From Salibacteraceae bacterium (GTDB taxonomy: Bacteria; Bacteroidota; Bacteroidia; Flavobacteriales_G; Salibacteraceae), in NCBI GenBank assembly GCA_965658375.1, contig CBFHSD010000009.1:229-64228 (forward strand): a stretch of 64,000 nt of DNA. Direction: 5' to 3'. The notes below the pieces were generated by a model. It did no database searches. It was not told where the DNA came from and worked only from the letters and a program-made list of their open reading frames with translations. Both the position numbers and the translations under genes were made by a program. Of this stretch, positions 1 to 8,772 are shown in pieces (the stretch's first letter is position 1; every line of letters begins with the position of its first letter).

Positions 1-70
1 CAAAATTGACCCAAATAAAACCGGCATATACACAAGCAGCAAAGCCTGTGACCACCCAAAAAATGAGCAT
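1..70 (-). CDS. 5' end of a membrane-protein gene that runs off the window (partial)
   Basis: ATG at 70..68, 4 nt after the lptC-like stop. The frame stays open to position 1 and reads MLIFWVVTGFAACVYAGFIWVNF, a hydrophobic helix. Too short to name. Confidence 0.3.
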   Translation of the reverse strand, partial: MLIFWVVTGFAACVYAGFIWVNF

Positions 71-74
71 TACT

Positions 75-638
75 TTATTGTACGTCTTCATCTTCTAATT
101 GCAATATTCCTTTCGGCTCTTTGATTTCAAAGTTGGTGAAGTCTTCGTCTGCTTCCAAACCATCACCGTAAATAATTTCTTTCGCTGTTTGAATTTTCAC
201 AAAGGCATCAGAATAAATTTTTCTGGTTTTTTCATCCCAAACCAAGTGTTCTGTATTTAGCTTGTCTCCTTGGGAGTTGACAACCACTACTTCGTTTTGG
301 GCTTCCATACGGCCTTGTCTTTGGTAGTACCTCGCGTAGTTCGCAGTTAAATGCGTCTCGCTCACACCCTCGCTATTGAAAAACTCAATGTCAACTCCTT
401 TTCTCAACTCTGTAAACTGGCGTGTGGTTAAGTAGCGTTCTAAAAGTGGTGCTTTCAAAATGGCTCTCACCTTGCCAGAATCACTGTAGGTAAGTTCCAC
501 ATCTATGGTAGTTTCTTCTGGGTAGCTTTCAGAAATCTGAACTTTGTTGATTTCTTCAACAGAATTTTCACAAGAACAAAACATCCCGGCTGTAACAGCC
601 AGGATGCTTAAGTATATTCTATGTGTGATCAATTTCAC
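75..638 (-). CDS. lptC: LPS export periplasmic component LptC-like lipoprotein
   Basis: The ORF track gives 75..677. A GTG at 638 yields a classical lipoprotein signal (VKLITHRIYLSILAVTAGMFCSC) and abuts the upstream stop (TAGTG). The C-terminal part (VVVVNSQGDKLNTEHLVWDEKTRKIYSD...YGDGLEAD) resembles the LptC/OstA-like fold. Confidence 0.6.
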   Translation of the reverse strand: MKLITHRIYLSILAVTAGMFCSCENSVEEINKVQISESYPEETTIDVELTYSDSGKVRAILKAPLLERYLTTRQFTELRKGVDIEFFNSEGVSETHLTANYARYYQRQGRMEAQNEVVVVNSQGDKLNTEHLVWDEKTRKIYSDAFVKIQTAKEIIYGDGLEADEDFTNFEIKEPKGILQLEDEDVQ

Positions 639-1963
639 TAGTCGCGAGTCTGAAGAGTAACAGTTTCTCCAATCCATCCGCCAACAGTTACTTTATCTCC
701 GGCATTCATACCTTGAATAAAGCAATCTGTTGTTTTAGGGAACTGTGCTTGAGCAGATGCAATGCGTTTATTGGCTTTTGCAGCCAAGGCATCATCCAAA
801 CTTCTTGCTCTTTGGTATTTAGCAACCGCTGCAATGTATCCAAAATGCTTTTCGCATTCGTTAGACCCAACGCTCGTTGAACCATACAAGTATGCATCTC
901 CGATAATCATGTAGGCTTCTCCACTATTTGGATTTAGCTCTAACCATTTCAATGCATATTTCTTGGCATTTGAGAATTGTTTCATGTAAGAATAAGAAGT
1001 TGCAGCATATTTCAACGCTTTCATTTTCAAATCTTTATCTTCCCCCATTTCATAAGCTTGCAAACAATATTTTGCCGCATCTGAAAATTGCTCTTTTTTC
1101 AATTTTGCGATCCCTAAACTCAATGCAGAGATAGGACTCGGCTTTAAACTGTGTAACTGCTCTGATACTTGCAGGTAAAAATCAGTTTCACATTCTGCTT
1201 TACCCATGGTCAAGGCTAATTTCTCTAACCATAAAGTATCTTCCTTATGCTCTTCGAACTTTGGTTGATACAATTCTACCAAGTCATCGCATGAAGCAAC
1301 AGTGCTGAAGATTTTTTCCACTTCAGCCATCGCTTTTTTCAAACGATCAATGGCTTTCTCATCTTGTTTTTCAATCGCTGTATTCAATTGTTTTGTTAAG
1401 ATATCAGCAACTGGATCGTACAATTCAATGATTTCAGTTTTTGTTTTTTCTTCTTTCTTGTACAATTCATAAGCTGACTGGTAGTACGCTGCAACAACTG
1501 CAGGGTTACTTTTTACCCCTTGTAGTTCCACAGATCTGGCTAAATTTTCGTGCGCCTCTGCCATACGGCTTTTGTTGTAACGCATCATGTCGAAACCTTT
1601 CATTCCAAGCACTTTACCCTCTTCACCAAAACTTTCGATTCTTCTGTCGTAAATCCAATACACGGTATCTATGTATGCTTTTACCAAGTCAGAATTGGTT
1701 CTATTCTCTTTCATGAAGGTCTTGTACATACGTACTCCTTTAATGTAAAGGTTCTTGCTCGACTTAGGACAAGTAGTCATGGCTTTTAACCAATGTGATT
1801 TTGCATCTGCGTAGTTCTTTTGGTTATAGAACTCACCATACAAACTCAATGCTTCAATACAGGCTAAACTATCTTCAGAAGTTGCTCCATACTTGCTCTG
1901 GGCAGAAACATTTAAGGTCATCAACAATACCAATGCGGCCGTCAATCTTAATTTTATCATCAC
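638..1963 (-). CDS. secreted TPR-like repeat protein
   Basis: 441-aa ORF with signal peptide MMIKLRLTAALVLLMTLNVSAQ. Helical repeat composition rich in Y/A/K with A..Y..A patterns. Packed directly against both flanking genes. Confidence 0.55.
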   Translation of the reverse strand: MMIKLRLTAALVLLMTLNVSAQSKYGATSEDSLACIEALSLYGEFYNQKNYADAKSHWLKAMTTCPKSSKNLYIKGVRMYKTFMKENRTNSDLVKAYIDTVYWIYDRRIESFGEEGKVLGMKGFDMMRYNKSRMAEAHENLARSVELQGVKSNPAVVAAYYQSAYELYKKEEKTKTEIIELYDPVADILTKQLNTAIEKQDEKAIDRLKKAMAEVEKIFSTVASCDDLVELYQPKFEEHKEDTLWLEKLALTMGKAECETDFYLQVSEQLHSLKPSPISALSLGIAKLKKEQFSDAAKYCLQAYEMGEDKDLKMKALKYAATSYSYMKQFSNAKKYALKWLELNPNSGEAYMIIGDAYLYGSTSVGSNECEKHFGYIAAVAKYQRARSLDDALAAKANKRIASAQAQFPKTTDCFIQGMNAGDKVTVGGWIGETVTLQTRD

Positions 1964-3403
1964 TTAATCTATTTTTCGTTTATAAAACCAGTTGTCATAT
2001 TTAGAAGGCGTCAAAGATATTCCAACTGTAAATCTCACAAATTGCTCTTTTATTAAGCCTTCTTTATTTTGTCCTCGCTCACCGTATTCAACTCCCATAT
2101 TCAAAACCGTAGAGGTTTGTTTTTGTGAGTTTGACTTGCTCAGTGGTAACCCTAAGCCAAAGGTCATGCCAAATTCGTTGACATTGTTTCCATTGATGTA
2201 CAACTTGTCTTGTTTGTACCTTGCTCCCATTCTGTAACGAACGTTTCTCCAATAGTTTGTTTGTGTGCCTTGGTAAGAGAAATAAAACTCTGGAACCATT
2301 TCTGCACCAACAGATACTTGGAATACATCATTCAAATTTTGTTCTTGAAGACTCGTACTAAACTCAGACCAAGTGATATAGTTTACATCGGCTGCCAATT
2401 GCCAATAGCGCTTAGAGTTCATGTTGTACAGTTGGTATCCTACACCAAGTCTCATTTGCTGAGGCCAAGTAAATTCTCCATTGCTTATTTCTCTTAACGG
2501 AACACGAATGGTATCGCTCAATGATCCCCTAAAGGTATAGGCAAGGTTCTCGTATTCGTAAGATTGTGTCAATCCCATTTGATAGGTAGCCCCAAGCTGC
2601 AGATTTCTAATTTTAGCTGCCTTGAAAGTGCTAGAATCATATTTGATGGTTCTTCTCTGGTATTGCATTCCTACATCAAAATTGGGCGCAGAAACACGTG
2701 TTCGTTGATATACCGCAGAAGCGTAAGCTCCAGAATCTAAAGGAGGAATAATGAGGTTGCTGCGGTCAACGGTTCCAAAATTGTAATGAAGATTGGCTCC
2801 TACAGACATGCGATGAACAATCTGCTTGCTTTTATTGGGTTCTTTAGCTCCGTTCTTTAAAGTGGTGTAAGAATCAAAATAGGTGTAATTGGTATCAATA
2901 GAAAACTGACGCCCAAAGCCTAAGAAGAATTGATTTATCCCACCATCACCTTCATCTCTCAACTCAACATCTCCGAAAATGGAATCTGTAGCTGTAGCTG
3001 AAATGGCATACCCTACTTTAGATATTGGCACAATACCAAAAGCCATACCTATGTTCTTCTTTTCATTGATGGGGAAGCCCATTGAAAAATACTGGATATT
3101 ACCTCCTGAATTGGTTTGAGAAGAACCTGGTGCAGTTGTGGTGGTGGTATGTGCAAACATCCCTACATCAAATACGGGCGAAAATAACTCACCGTATGAA
3201 GCAGGGTTAGCTGGGTTTAGACTAAATGGTCCAGACAAAGCAATTTTGGTATCTGCCATTCCTCTAAAACGAGTGAATGTTTTATCGTAATCATCTCCTA
3301 AACCATAATAACTATAGGGAGAAGTGGCTTGGTCTTGCGCCTGAGAAAGGCTTGCAAACAAGAAAGCAGAAAAAAGAAAAAGTACTCTTTGTATACTCAA
3401 CAC
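1964..3403 (-). CDS. outer-membrane beta-barrel protein (FadL/PorV-like porin family, function unknown)
   Basis: 479-aa ORF with a GTG start 3 nt after the coaX stop. Signal peptide ends SLSQAQ, followed by SPYSYYGLGD. Alternating aromatic/polar beta-strand pattern throughout. Confidence 0.5.
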   Translation of the reverse strand: MLSIQRVLFLFSAFLFASLSQAQDQATSPYSYYGLGDDYDKTFTRFRGMADTKIALSGPFSLNPANPASYGELFSPVFDVGMFAHTTTTTAPGSSQTNSGGNIQYFSMGFPINEKKNIGMAFGIVPISKVGYAISATATDSIFGDVELRDEGDGGINQFFLGFGRQFSIDTNYTYFDSYTTLKNGAKEPNKSKQIVHRMSVGANLHYNFGTVDRSNLIIPPLDSGAYASAVYQRTRVSAPNFDVGMQYQRRTIKYDSSTFKAAKIRNLQLGATYQMGLTQSYEYENLAYTFRGSLSDTIRVPLREISNGEFTWPQQMRLGVGYQLYNMNSKRYWQLAADVNYITWSEFSTSLQEQNLNDVFQVSVGAEMVPEFYFSYQGTQTNYWRNVRYRMGARYKQDKLYINGNNVNEFGMTFGLGLPLSKSNSQKQTSTVLNMGVEYGERGQNKEGLIKEQFVRFTVGISLTPSKYDNWFYKRKID

Positions 3404-3406
3404 CGA

Positions 3407-4123
3407 CTAATTGTATTTCAAACTCGTTTTCAACCCTTTTAGTATCAAATTTGGGTCTGCAAAAATGCTATTTTTTAGTGCCCCAGCAAATAAAGACCAA
3501 TCACCTCCAGTAGCAATCACTTTTAAGGGGCCATATTCTTTGATGTACCAGGCAATATTTCCTTCTATCTCGGCCACCATTCCCCAAAAGGCACCGGCTT
3601 TGATGCTGGTATCTGTATCTACTCCTTGTTGTGTTGGAAGTTCATGTATATGCAATAAAGAAAGCTTGCCTGTAAAGTGATTCATAGCCTTTAAGCGCAT
3701 TTGCAGCCCAGGAGAGATCCTCCCACCCTCATAGTGCTTTCCTATTCTAAGGTCATAGGTAATGCATGTCCCGGCATCTATGACCAAGGCGTTTTCTTCT
3801 GGAAAAAGCTCAAAAGATTGAATGATGCCCAAAAGGCGATCTTTACCGAGAGTGCGCGGAGTGAGGTAATTCAAGTTGATGGGAGAATGTAGCGTATGCT
3901 TAAACTCTAAAGATTGTATAGACCCAAATCGCTGAAAGAGCTCCACCGCTTTCAATTGAGACACATTAGCATACATCAAACGGGTGACTGAAAATTCTTT
4001 TTGGAGGCGCTCTAAGACGAGCAATAAATCTTCGTGGCGCGCTGTTTCAATGGCGAGCCATTGATTCTCAGATATTACCCCCCACTTTACTCTAGAGTTA
4101 CCGATATCTAGCACTGCATCCAC
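3407..4123 (-). CDS. coaX: type III pantothenate kinase
   Basis: N-terminal VLDIGNSRVKWG phosphate-1 motif and DAGTCITYD and ATGG motifs of the ASKHA-fold CoaX family. 238 aa. Confidence 0.85.
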   Translation of the reverse strand: MDAVLDIGNSRVKWGVISENQWLAIETARHEDLLLVLERLQKEFSVTRLMYANVSQLKAVELFQRFGSIQSLEFKHTLHSPINLNYLTPRTLGKDRLLGIIQSFELFPEENALVIDAGTCITYDLRIGKHYEGGRISPGLQMRLKAMNHFTGKLSLLHIHELPTQQGVDTDTSIKAGAFWGMVAEIEGNIAWYIKEYGPLKVIATGGDWSLFAGALKNSIFADPNLILKGLKTSLKYN

Positions 4124-4169
4124 TGCAACAAATGTAGTGTGAAACTTTAGGGTTGAAACTTTTTTTTAC

Positions 4170-4199
4170 TTGCTTAACAAAAAATAATACATACTTTTG
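4170..4199 (+). promoter_or_regulatory. Bacteroidota-type promoter for tRNA-Phe (-33 TTG / -7 TACTTTTG)
   Basis: TTG at 4170-4172, a 19-nt spacer, then TACTTTTG at 4192-4199, which matches TAnnTTTG. The tRNA starts at 4217. Confidence 0.55.
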
Positions 4200-4216
4200 T
4201 CGCCCGCAAACAAAGC

Positions 4217-4289
4217 GGTGATGTAGCTCAGTTGGTAGAGCAAAGGACTGAAAATCCTTGTGTCGGCAGTTCGATTCTGTCCATCACCA
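4217..4289 (+). tRNA. tRNA-Phe (anticodon GAA)
   Basis: Acceptor stem GGTGATG/CATCACC with discriminator A. D-arm is TAGCTCAGTTGGTAGAGC, anticodon loop is CTGAAAA, and T-arm is GGCAGTTCGATTCTGTC. CCA is not encoded. Confidence 0.95.
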
Positions 4290-4296
4290 CAAAAAA

Positions 4297-4322
4297 GGCT
4301 CCGATTTCTCGGAGCCTTTTGT
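4297..4322 (+). terminator. rho-independent terminator after tRNA-Phe, probably bidirectional
   Basis: GGCTCCGA-tttc-TCGGAGCC hairpin followed by TTTTGTGTTT, and preceded by an A-run. Confidence 0.8.
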
Positions 4323-4342
4323 GTTTCTAGCAGGGTGCAAAT

Positions 4343-4456
4343 TTAATTGCGGAAATACATCACAATAGCAATGGCGCTGATGAAGAGCAACACCTGTAAG
4401 ACGAACCTGATACGCTCAGCCCACGATTTTATTGAAGGAGGTTTCTGTGTTTTCAT
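4343..4456 (-). CDS. possible 37-aa single-pass membrane micro-protein
   Basis: ATG 4456..4454 to TAA 4345..4343. Reads MKTQKPPSIKSWAERIRFVLQVLLFISAIAIVMYFRN, a basic N-terminus followed by one TM helix. Ends just before the bidirectional hairpin. Below the ORF-track size cutoff. Confidence 0.3.
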   Translation of the reverse strand: MKTQKPPSIKSWAERIRFVLQVLLFISAIAIVMYFRN

Positions 4457-4508
4457 GGTGCCAAAAAAACAAGGGCAACTTGACTTGAAGCTTAAGCGAG
4501 GATTATCA

Positions 4509-4516
4509 TAATTTTG
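4509..4516 (+). promoter_or_regulatory. -7 box TAATTTTG, 4 nt upstream of the histidine kinase ATG
   Basis: Exact TAnnTTTG match at 4509-4516, with the ATG at 4521. Confidence 0.35.
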
Positions 4517-4520
4517 TAAA

Positions 4521-5450
4521 ATGGTAAAGGCAAAGAATCCTGTTCCCGTTCTGTTTTATGTGCTAATTGTTTACGTAGCCTTTCAGTTTTGCTGGTGGGC
4601 TTACTTATTGGTAGATCAATACAGCGAAATTTCCTTATCCAATCCCGCATTGTTTGACGAAAGCTGGCTGAACAGAAAATCATACATGATCATTGGCGAA
4701 GGCTTTGTATTCTTCGTACTCTTAGTGATTGGCTTTTACCGGGTGCACCGCTCTTTCAATAAAGAGGTGCGCTTGGCCAAACAACAGAAAAACTTTTTGC
4801 TTAGCATTACACACGAACTTAAATCTCCACTGGCAGGTATTAAATTGAACCTAGAAACCATTTCTAAACGAAAGGTGACCCCTCAACAACAAGAGAAACT
4901 GATTGGCTTTGCCTTGAAAGAAACAGATCGGCTGGAGGGTCTGGTAGAAAATATTCTCACCACCACCCAATTTGACAATGACGCCTTAAATCTCTACCCA
5001 GAATCTTTTGCCCCACATCAAATCTTACAAGAAATTATTGAGAACCACGCTCAAAAAGAAAGCCATCAATTCGATTACCAACCGGCATTTATTGGTTTGG
5101 TTGAAAGTGATAAAAACAGCTTTATCAGCGTGGTAACCAACTTGCTTTCAAATGCTTTAAAGTACAGTCCTGATCAAAGTACTATTGTGGTTGAATTAAG
5201 CGAAAACAACAAACATTTTAAACTAAGTGTAAGTAACACAGGAGATGGCATACCTAAGGCAGACCTTCCTTTTATATTCAATAAATTTTACCGGGTTGGA
5301 AACGAAGATACCCGTAAATCTAAGGGCACAGGCCTTGGATTGTACATTGTGAAATTCTTATCTCAAGCTTTAGGTGGAGACGCCAAAGTGAGCTCTGATG
5401 ACAAAGGCACTACATTTAGTGTTCGTTTTCTGAAGAAACTCAGCGCTTAG
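4521..5450 (+). CDS. sensor histidine kinase (two N-terminal TM helices, HisKA + HATPase_c), no adjacent response regulator
   Basis: H-box SITHELKSPLAGI, N-box LLSNALKYS, and G-boxes NTGDGI and GTGLGL. 309 aa. Confidence 0.85.
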   Translation: MVKAKNPVPVLFYVLIVYVAFQFCWWAYLLVDQYSEISLSNPALFDESWLNRKSYMIIGEGFVFFVLLVIGFYRVHRSFNKEVRLAKQQKNFLLSITHELKSPLAGIKLNLETISKRKVTPQQQEKLIGFALKETDRLEGLVENILTTTQFDNDALNLYPESFAPHQILQEIIENHAQKESHQFDYQPAFIGLVESDKNSFISVVTNLLSNALKYSPDQSTIVVELSENNKHFKLSVSNTGDGIPKADLPFIFNKFYRVGNEDTRKSKGTGLGLYIVKFLSQALGGDAKVSSDDKGTTFSVRFLKKLSA

Positions 5451-8400
5451 TAAGTGAGTATGGTCAGCTCACCATTCAGTTCAATTTTTTGTCTGTTAAA
5501 GCCTTCTAACTGCATTTTGTAAACAAAGTTCCCAAAACCAACAGGTTCACCATTTAGGGTTCCATCCCATTGGAAGTTGACATCTTTGCTGTAGAAAACC
5601 TCCTCTCCCCAACGGTTGTAGATGCGTATGTAGAAATTCTTCACACTCCCATCTGCTTTAAAGCCTTCGCTCTTGATTTCAAAAACATCATTCAAACCAT
5701 CTCCATTTGGAGTAAAGGTATTGGGAATAAAAGCATTTAATGGAGGGTTCACTTCAGCATATGCGGTGTCTGTACAACCCAATTCATTGTAAGCAATCAA
5801 CTCAACAACGCGTCTTTCAGGTGTTTTGTAAGTATACCAAGGGTCTTTTTCAGAAGACTTTCCTCCATCGCCAAACACCCACAAGAAGCTATCTGCCTCT
5901 TGAGATAGATTAGTAAAGGTTACAGAGAAGGCATCTAACTCTGTATGATCAAAATGTGCTTCTGGTGCATAACGGTCAATGGCCATTTCTGCCACCGCGG
6001 TGTTCCCGCAATCTTCTGTTACAGTTACGGTATAGGTCAAGTATCCGTTCCCGATAGCTGTAATCACAGAGTCTTGACGCCCGTTATTCCAACGGTAGGT
6101 AATGTTTCCACCTCCACCACTTGCCACAGCATAAAGATCTATTGGCTCTTGCGGACATAAGACTGTATCTTCAGGCAAGGTTACTTTCAAATTCTCGTGC
6201 GTAGCAACCACTGCGGTAAAGGTTTGGAAAGCTGAATCTCCGTTGCAATGGTCTGTAGCTTCTACGGTATACGTTTTTGTAGCATCTACGCGATCGTACA
6301 AGAAATCGTGCGTAGTAAGCCAATTGTCCCAACTTACACTGTAATCACTTGAACCTCCGTATACATTAACAGAACCAAGCGTAAAGGTTTCTCCAGGGCA
6401 ATTGTAGAAAATGGTATCTATTGGTGAAATAACCAAAGGCGGATAGGTTTGCACTTCTACCTCAATATTTTCTACAATGGTATCTCGGTTACAAATGTCT
6501 GTTACACTAATTGAATAATATGCAATGCTATCTGAACCAACAATAATGTCGGTAACATTGGTATCTGTAAGCCAAGTATTTGGTGCAGTGCTCCATGCAT
6601 AGGTATAAGGTTTAAAACCACCAGAAACCACAGCTCCAATAGCGATTGAATCTCCCGCACAAGGCACTATTTTATCAAATGAATAGCTAGACATGGGGAA
6701 CTCCTGTACAATCACACTTGCCGTATCAACCACTGTGTTTGCGCCACAAGCATCGGTTACAGAAACAAAGTATTGCTGCGAATTGCTTGGGTTTACCATA
6801 ATGGTTGGTGTGGTTTCTCCTGTGCTCCATTGGTACGTGAACCCGGGCGTGGTATACGAAGGAATAACTGTGAGCATGGCAGGAGGCGAAGTACAATTGA
6901 TGGTATCATCATTGACTTCCAGAGTAAATTGCGGATTATCTACCACTACCGTAAAGGTATCTATGAGATTGTAGCCTGCACACAATTGCGTAAGCGTAAC
7001 AATATAATCTGTAGTAACATAAGGGTTATTGACCACAAAAGCAGTAAAGGTTTGTCCAGTACTCCATTGGTAGGTCATATCAGGCATGGGGTTAGAAGTT
7101 TGAACAGAAACAACTGTACTCACAGTTTCGCAGGTAATGGTGTCATCTGGGCAATAAATACTGGTTGGTGGATTTTGAATAACCACCGTAGAGGTATCTA
7201 CAATTGTATCTAAATTACATGCATCTGTAATGGTGACATAGTACTGCGTGGTTACTGTGGGTGCAGTTAAAAGGGTGTCTAAACTGTCTGTACCACCCGT
7301 ACTCCACTGATAGGAAAAATCAGGGAAACCCGTAAGCACATTGGCATCTAAGACCAAGTTATTGGCTGTACACATCACCGTATCGCTTGTTGCATCGCTG
7401 GTGAGCGGTATAGGATCGTGAATGATGAGCATCAAAGAATCTCCTTGATTGCCACAGCCCATAGAAATGGTGGTATCAGCAACCCAAATGTAAAGAGTTT
7501 CATTCCCTTCAATGATTTGATCGTGATTGATATTGAAAGACACCGTAAATGAATCTTGACCCGGCAAGTACAGCAAACTATCTGCAATGAAAGAATAATC
7601 TACTCCATTGGTGGCATTTCCGCCAATACCAATTTCAATTGTATCTCCCAAATTCACAGAATCATGACGTACAAAATGCACATCTACACTTCCACAGCCT
7701 TCATAAATAATAGAGTCTCCACCTATGGTATTGTAAGCCGGAGCAGCTGCAATGGTTATTCCGCTTGCTTCAAAACTGTTGGCCTCCATAAAAACAGCTG
7801 AACTCAAGGCTCCATCTGTACCATCAGCAATAGCAATGGCAAAATGGTACGTCTGACAAGGAGTTACCGGAAATTGTACTGTAAATTTATCAGTATATGC
7901 ATAATGATCGAAAGCTGAAGTACCAGGAGTAACATTGTGGTATTGAGCAAATGAAGCTGCGCAACCTGTTGATCCTGGATTTATGGACGTAATCGTAATT
8001 GGGATATTGGTTCCAGGAACATTTGCAAAATTACTTGTTCCCGTAAATCCAGTTGGATTATTTAAAGTACCCGTTAGACCAGGACCTGAAACAAAAAAAC
8101 CAAAAACATCATTGTAAAATGAACACGGGTATGTAGGCCATTCATCACTTGAGAAAACAAAATCAAATTTCATGGTGTCCTTTGTTGGAACAAAATCAAA
8201 CTCTATCACACAAGCATCATTAGCTGATGAAGCAGCTGCCCCATATCCTAGCAATACTGGAACACTTTGCGAAACTGTAAGTAGATTATTATTTGTGGAA
8301 GTACCCATCCAACCAGGGCCATATCCCCCTGAAGAACCAGGCACATTGCCTACAGCGGCATTTGAGGCTGACGTACATGAACCACATGTCTCTCTTAAGT

Positions 8401-8638
8401 CGTCTGTAGCCAGCACAATTCCACTGTCCATTCCGAACAGACCTGCTGCTCCAGAAAAGAATCCATATTGTGACGGACTTCCGTATACCTGAATATTTGT
8501 TATAGACACATTTCCTCCGGCAAATACATCATCAATGAGGTATGTAGCCGTATTGTAAGGAGCCTGTGTTGTCACATTAAACTGCGCTTGCGCCCAAAAA
8601 CCTGGAAAAATGAACAATACCAATAAAAATCTCTTCAT
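5447..8638 (-). CDS. large cell-surface protein: choice-of-anchor-L-like N-domain, about six SprB/Ig-like repeats, a PKD domain and a T9SS type-B C-terminal domain
   Basis: Signal peptide MKRFLLVLFIFPGFWAQAQ. Repeated motifs are FSYQWSTG, MTYQWSTG, FTYQWSTG, YTYAWST, YSVSWDN and ITYRWNNG. PKD-like segment is FTNLSQEADSFLWVFGDGG. The C-terminus is described in the next feature. Confidence 0.85.
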   Translation of the reverse strand: MKRFLLVLFIFPGFWAQAQFNVTTQAPYNTATYLIDDVFAGGNVSITNIQVYGSPSQYGFFSGAAGLFGMDSGIVLATDDLRETCGSCTSASNAAVGNVPGSSGGYGPGWMGTSTNNNLLTVSQSVPVLLGYGAAASSANDACVIEFDFVPTKDTMKFDFVFSSDEWPTYPCSFYNDVFGFFVSGPGLTGTLNNPTGFTGTSNFANVPGTNIPITITSINPGSTGCAASFAQYHNVTPGTSAFDHYAYTDKFTVQFPVTPCQTYHFAIAIADGTDGALSSAVFMEANSFEASGITIAAAPAYNTIGGDSIIYEGCGSVDVHFVRHDSVNLGDTIEIGIGGNATNGVDYSFIADSLLYLPGQDSFTVSFNINHDQIIEGNETLYIWVADTTISMGCGNQGDSLMLIIHDPIPLTSDATSDTVMCTANNLVLDANVLTGFPDFSYQWSTGGTDSLDTLLTAPTVTTQYYVTITDACNLDTIVDTSTVVIQNPPTSIYCPDDTITCETVSTVVSVQTSNPMPDMTYQWSTGQTFTAFVVNNPYVTTDYIVTLTQLCAGYNLIDTFTVVVDNPQFTLEVNDDTINCTSPPAMLTVIPSYTTPGFTYQWSTGETTPTIMVNPSNSQQYFVSVTDACGANTVVDTASVIVQEFPMSSYSFDKIVPCAGDSIAIGAVVSGGFKPYTYAWSTAPNTWLTDTNVTDIIVGSDSIAYYSISVTDICNRDTIVENIEVEVQTYPPLVISPIDTIFYNCPGETFTLGSVNVYGGSSDYSVSWDNWLTTHDFLYDRVDATKTYTVEATDHCNGDSAFQTFTAVVATHENLKVTLPEDTVLCPQEPIDLYAVASGGGGNITYRWNNGRQDSVITAIGNGYLTYTVTVTEDCGNTAVAEMAIDRYAPEAHFDHTELDAFSVTFTNLSQEADSFLWVFGDGGKSSEKDPWYTYKTPERRVVELIAYNELGCTDTAYAEVNPPLNAFIPNTFTPNGDGLNDVFEIKSEGFKADGSVKNFYIRIYNRWGEEVFYSKDVNFQWDGTLNGEPVGFGNFVYKMQLEGFNRQKIELNGELTILTY
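5450..5737 (-). other. T9SS type-B sorting domain (gliding-motility-associated C-terminal domain, CHU_C type)
   Basis: The last 96 aa read NAFIPNTFTPNGDGLNDVFEIK...IYNRWGEEVFYS...WDGTLNGEPVGFGNFVYKMQL, which matches the family consensus. Confidence 0.8.
6031..7411 (-). repeat. intragenic tandem protein repeats of roughly 85 aa each, about six copies
   Basis: Periodic recurrence of C...D..TV and (F/Y)(T/S)Y(Q/A/R)W(S/N)(T/N)G motifs in the translation. Boundaries are approximate. Confidence 0.55.
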
Positions 8639-8772
8639 AGTAATAGCATCTGTGAGATGAAGTGGGTCGAGCGTGGAAATTTACGAAAATACTCCTATTT
8701 ATAACGTTTACATTTTCCAAGGTTGCCTTTCAAGCATGCCCAATTCTTTTACTAGTTTCGTTTGTTCAAAAT

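Noticed and set aside
5447-5450. Opposite-strand overlapping stop codons (TTAG) of the histidine kinase and the T9SS protein, with no terminator hairpin between them.
   Set aside because: This is a real sequence feature, but it is a common consequence of compact convergent genes and has no evident functional implication.
6773-7213. 146-aa plus-strand ORF inside the T9SS adhesin gene. Similar short plus-strand ORFs occur at 5945-8492.
   Set aside because: They are antisense to a 1063-aa ORF with signal peptide, repeats and CTD. The translations are low-complexity and Arg/Cys-rich.
8662-8772. N-terminal extensions given by the ORF track for the dipeptidase (8662). Similar extensions occur at 22039, 27532, 32962, 45637, 49872, 61759 and 60930.
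   Set aside because: The extensions start at TTG or GTG, or overlap upstream genes, and precede obvious native N-termini (signal peptides or conserved first motifs). Internal ATGs were chosen instead.
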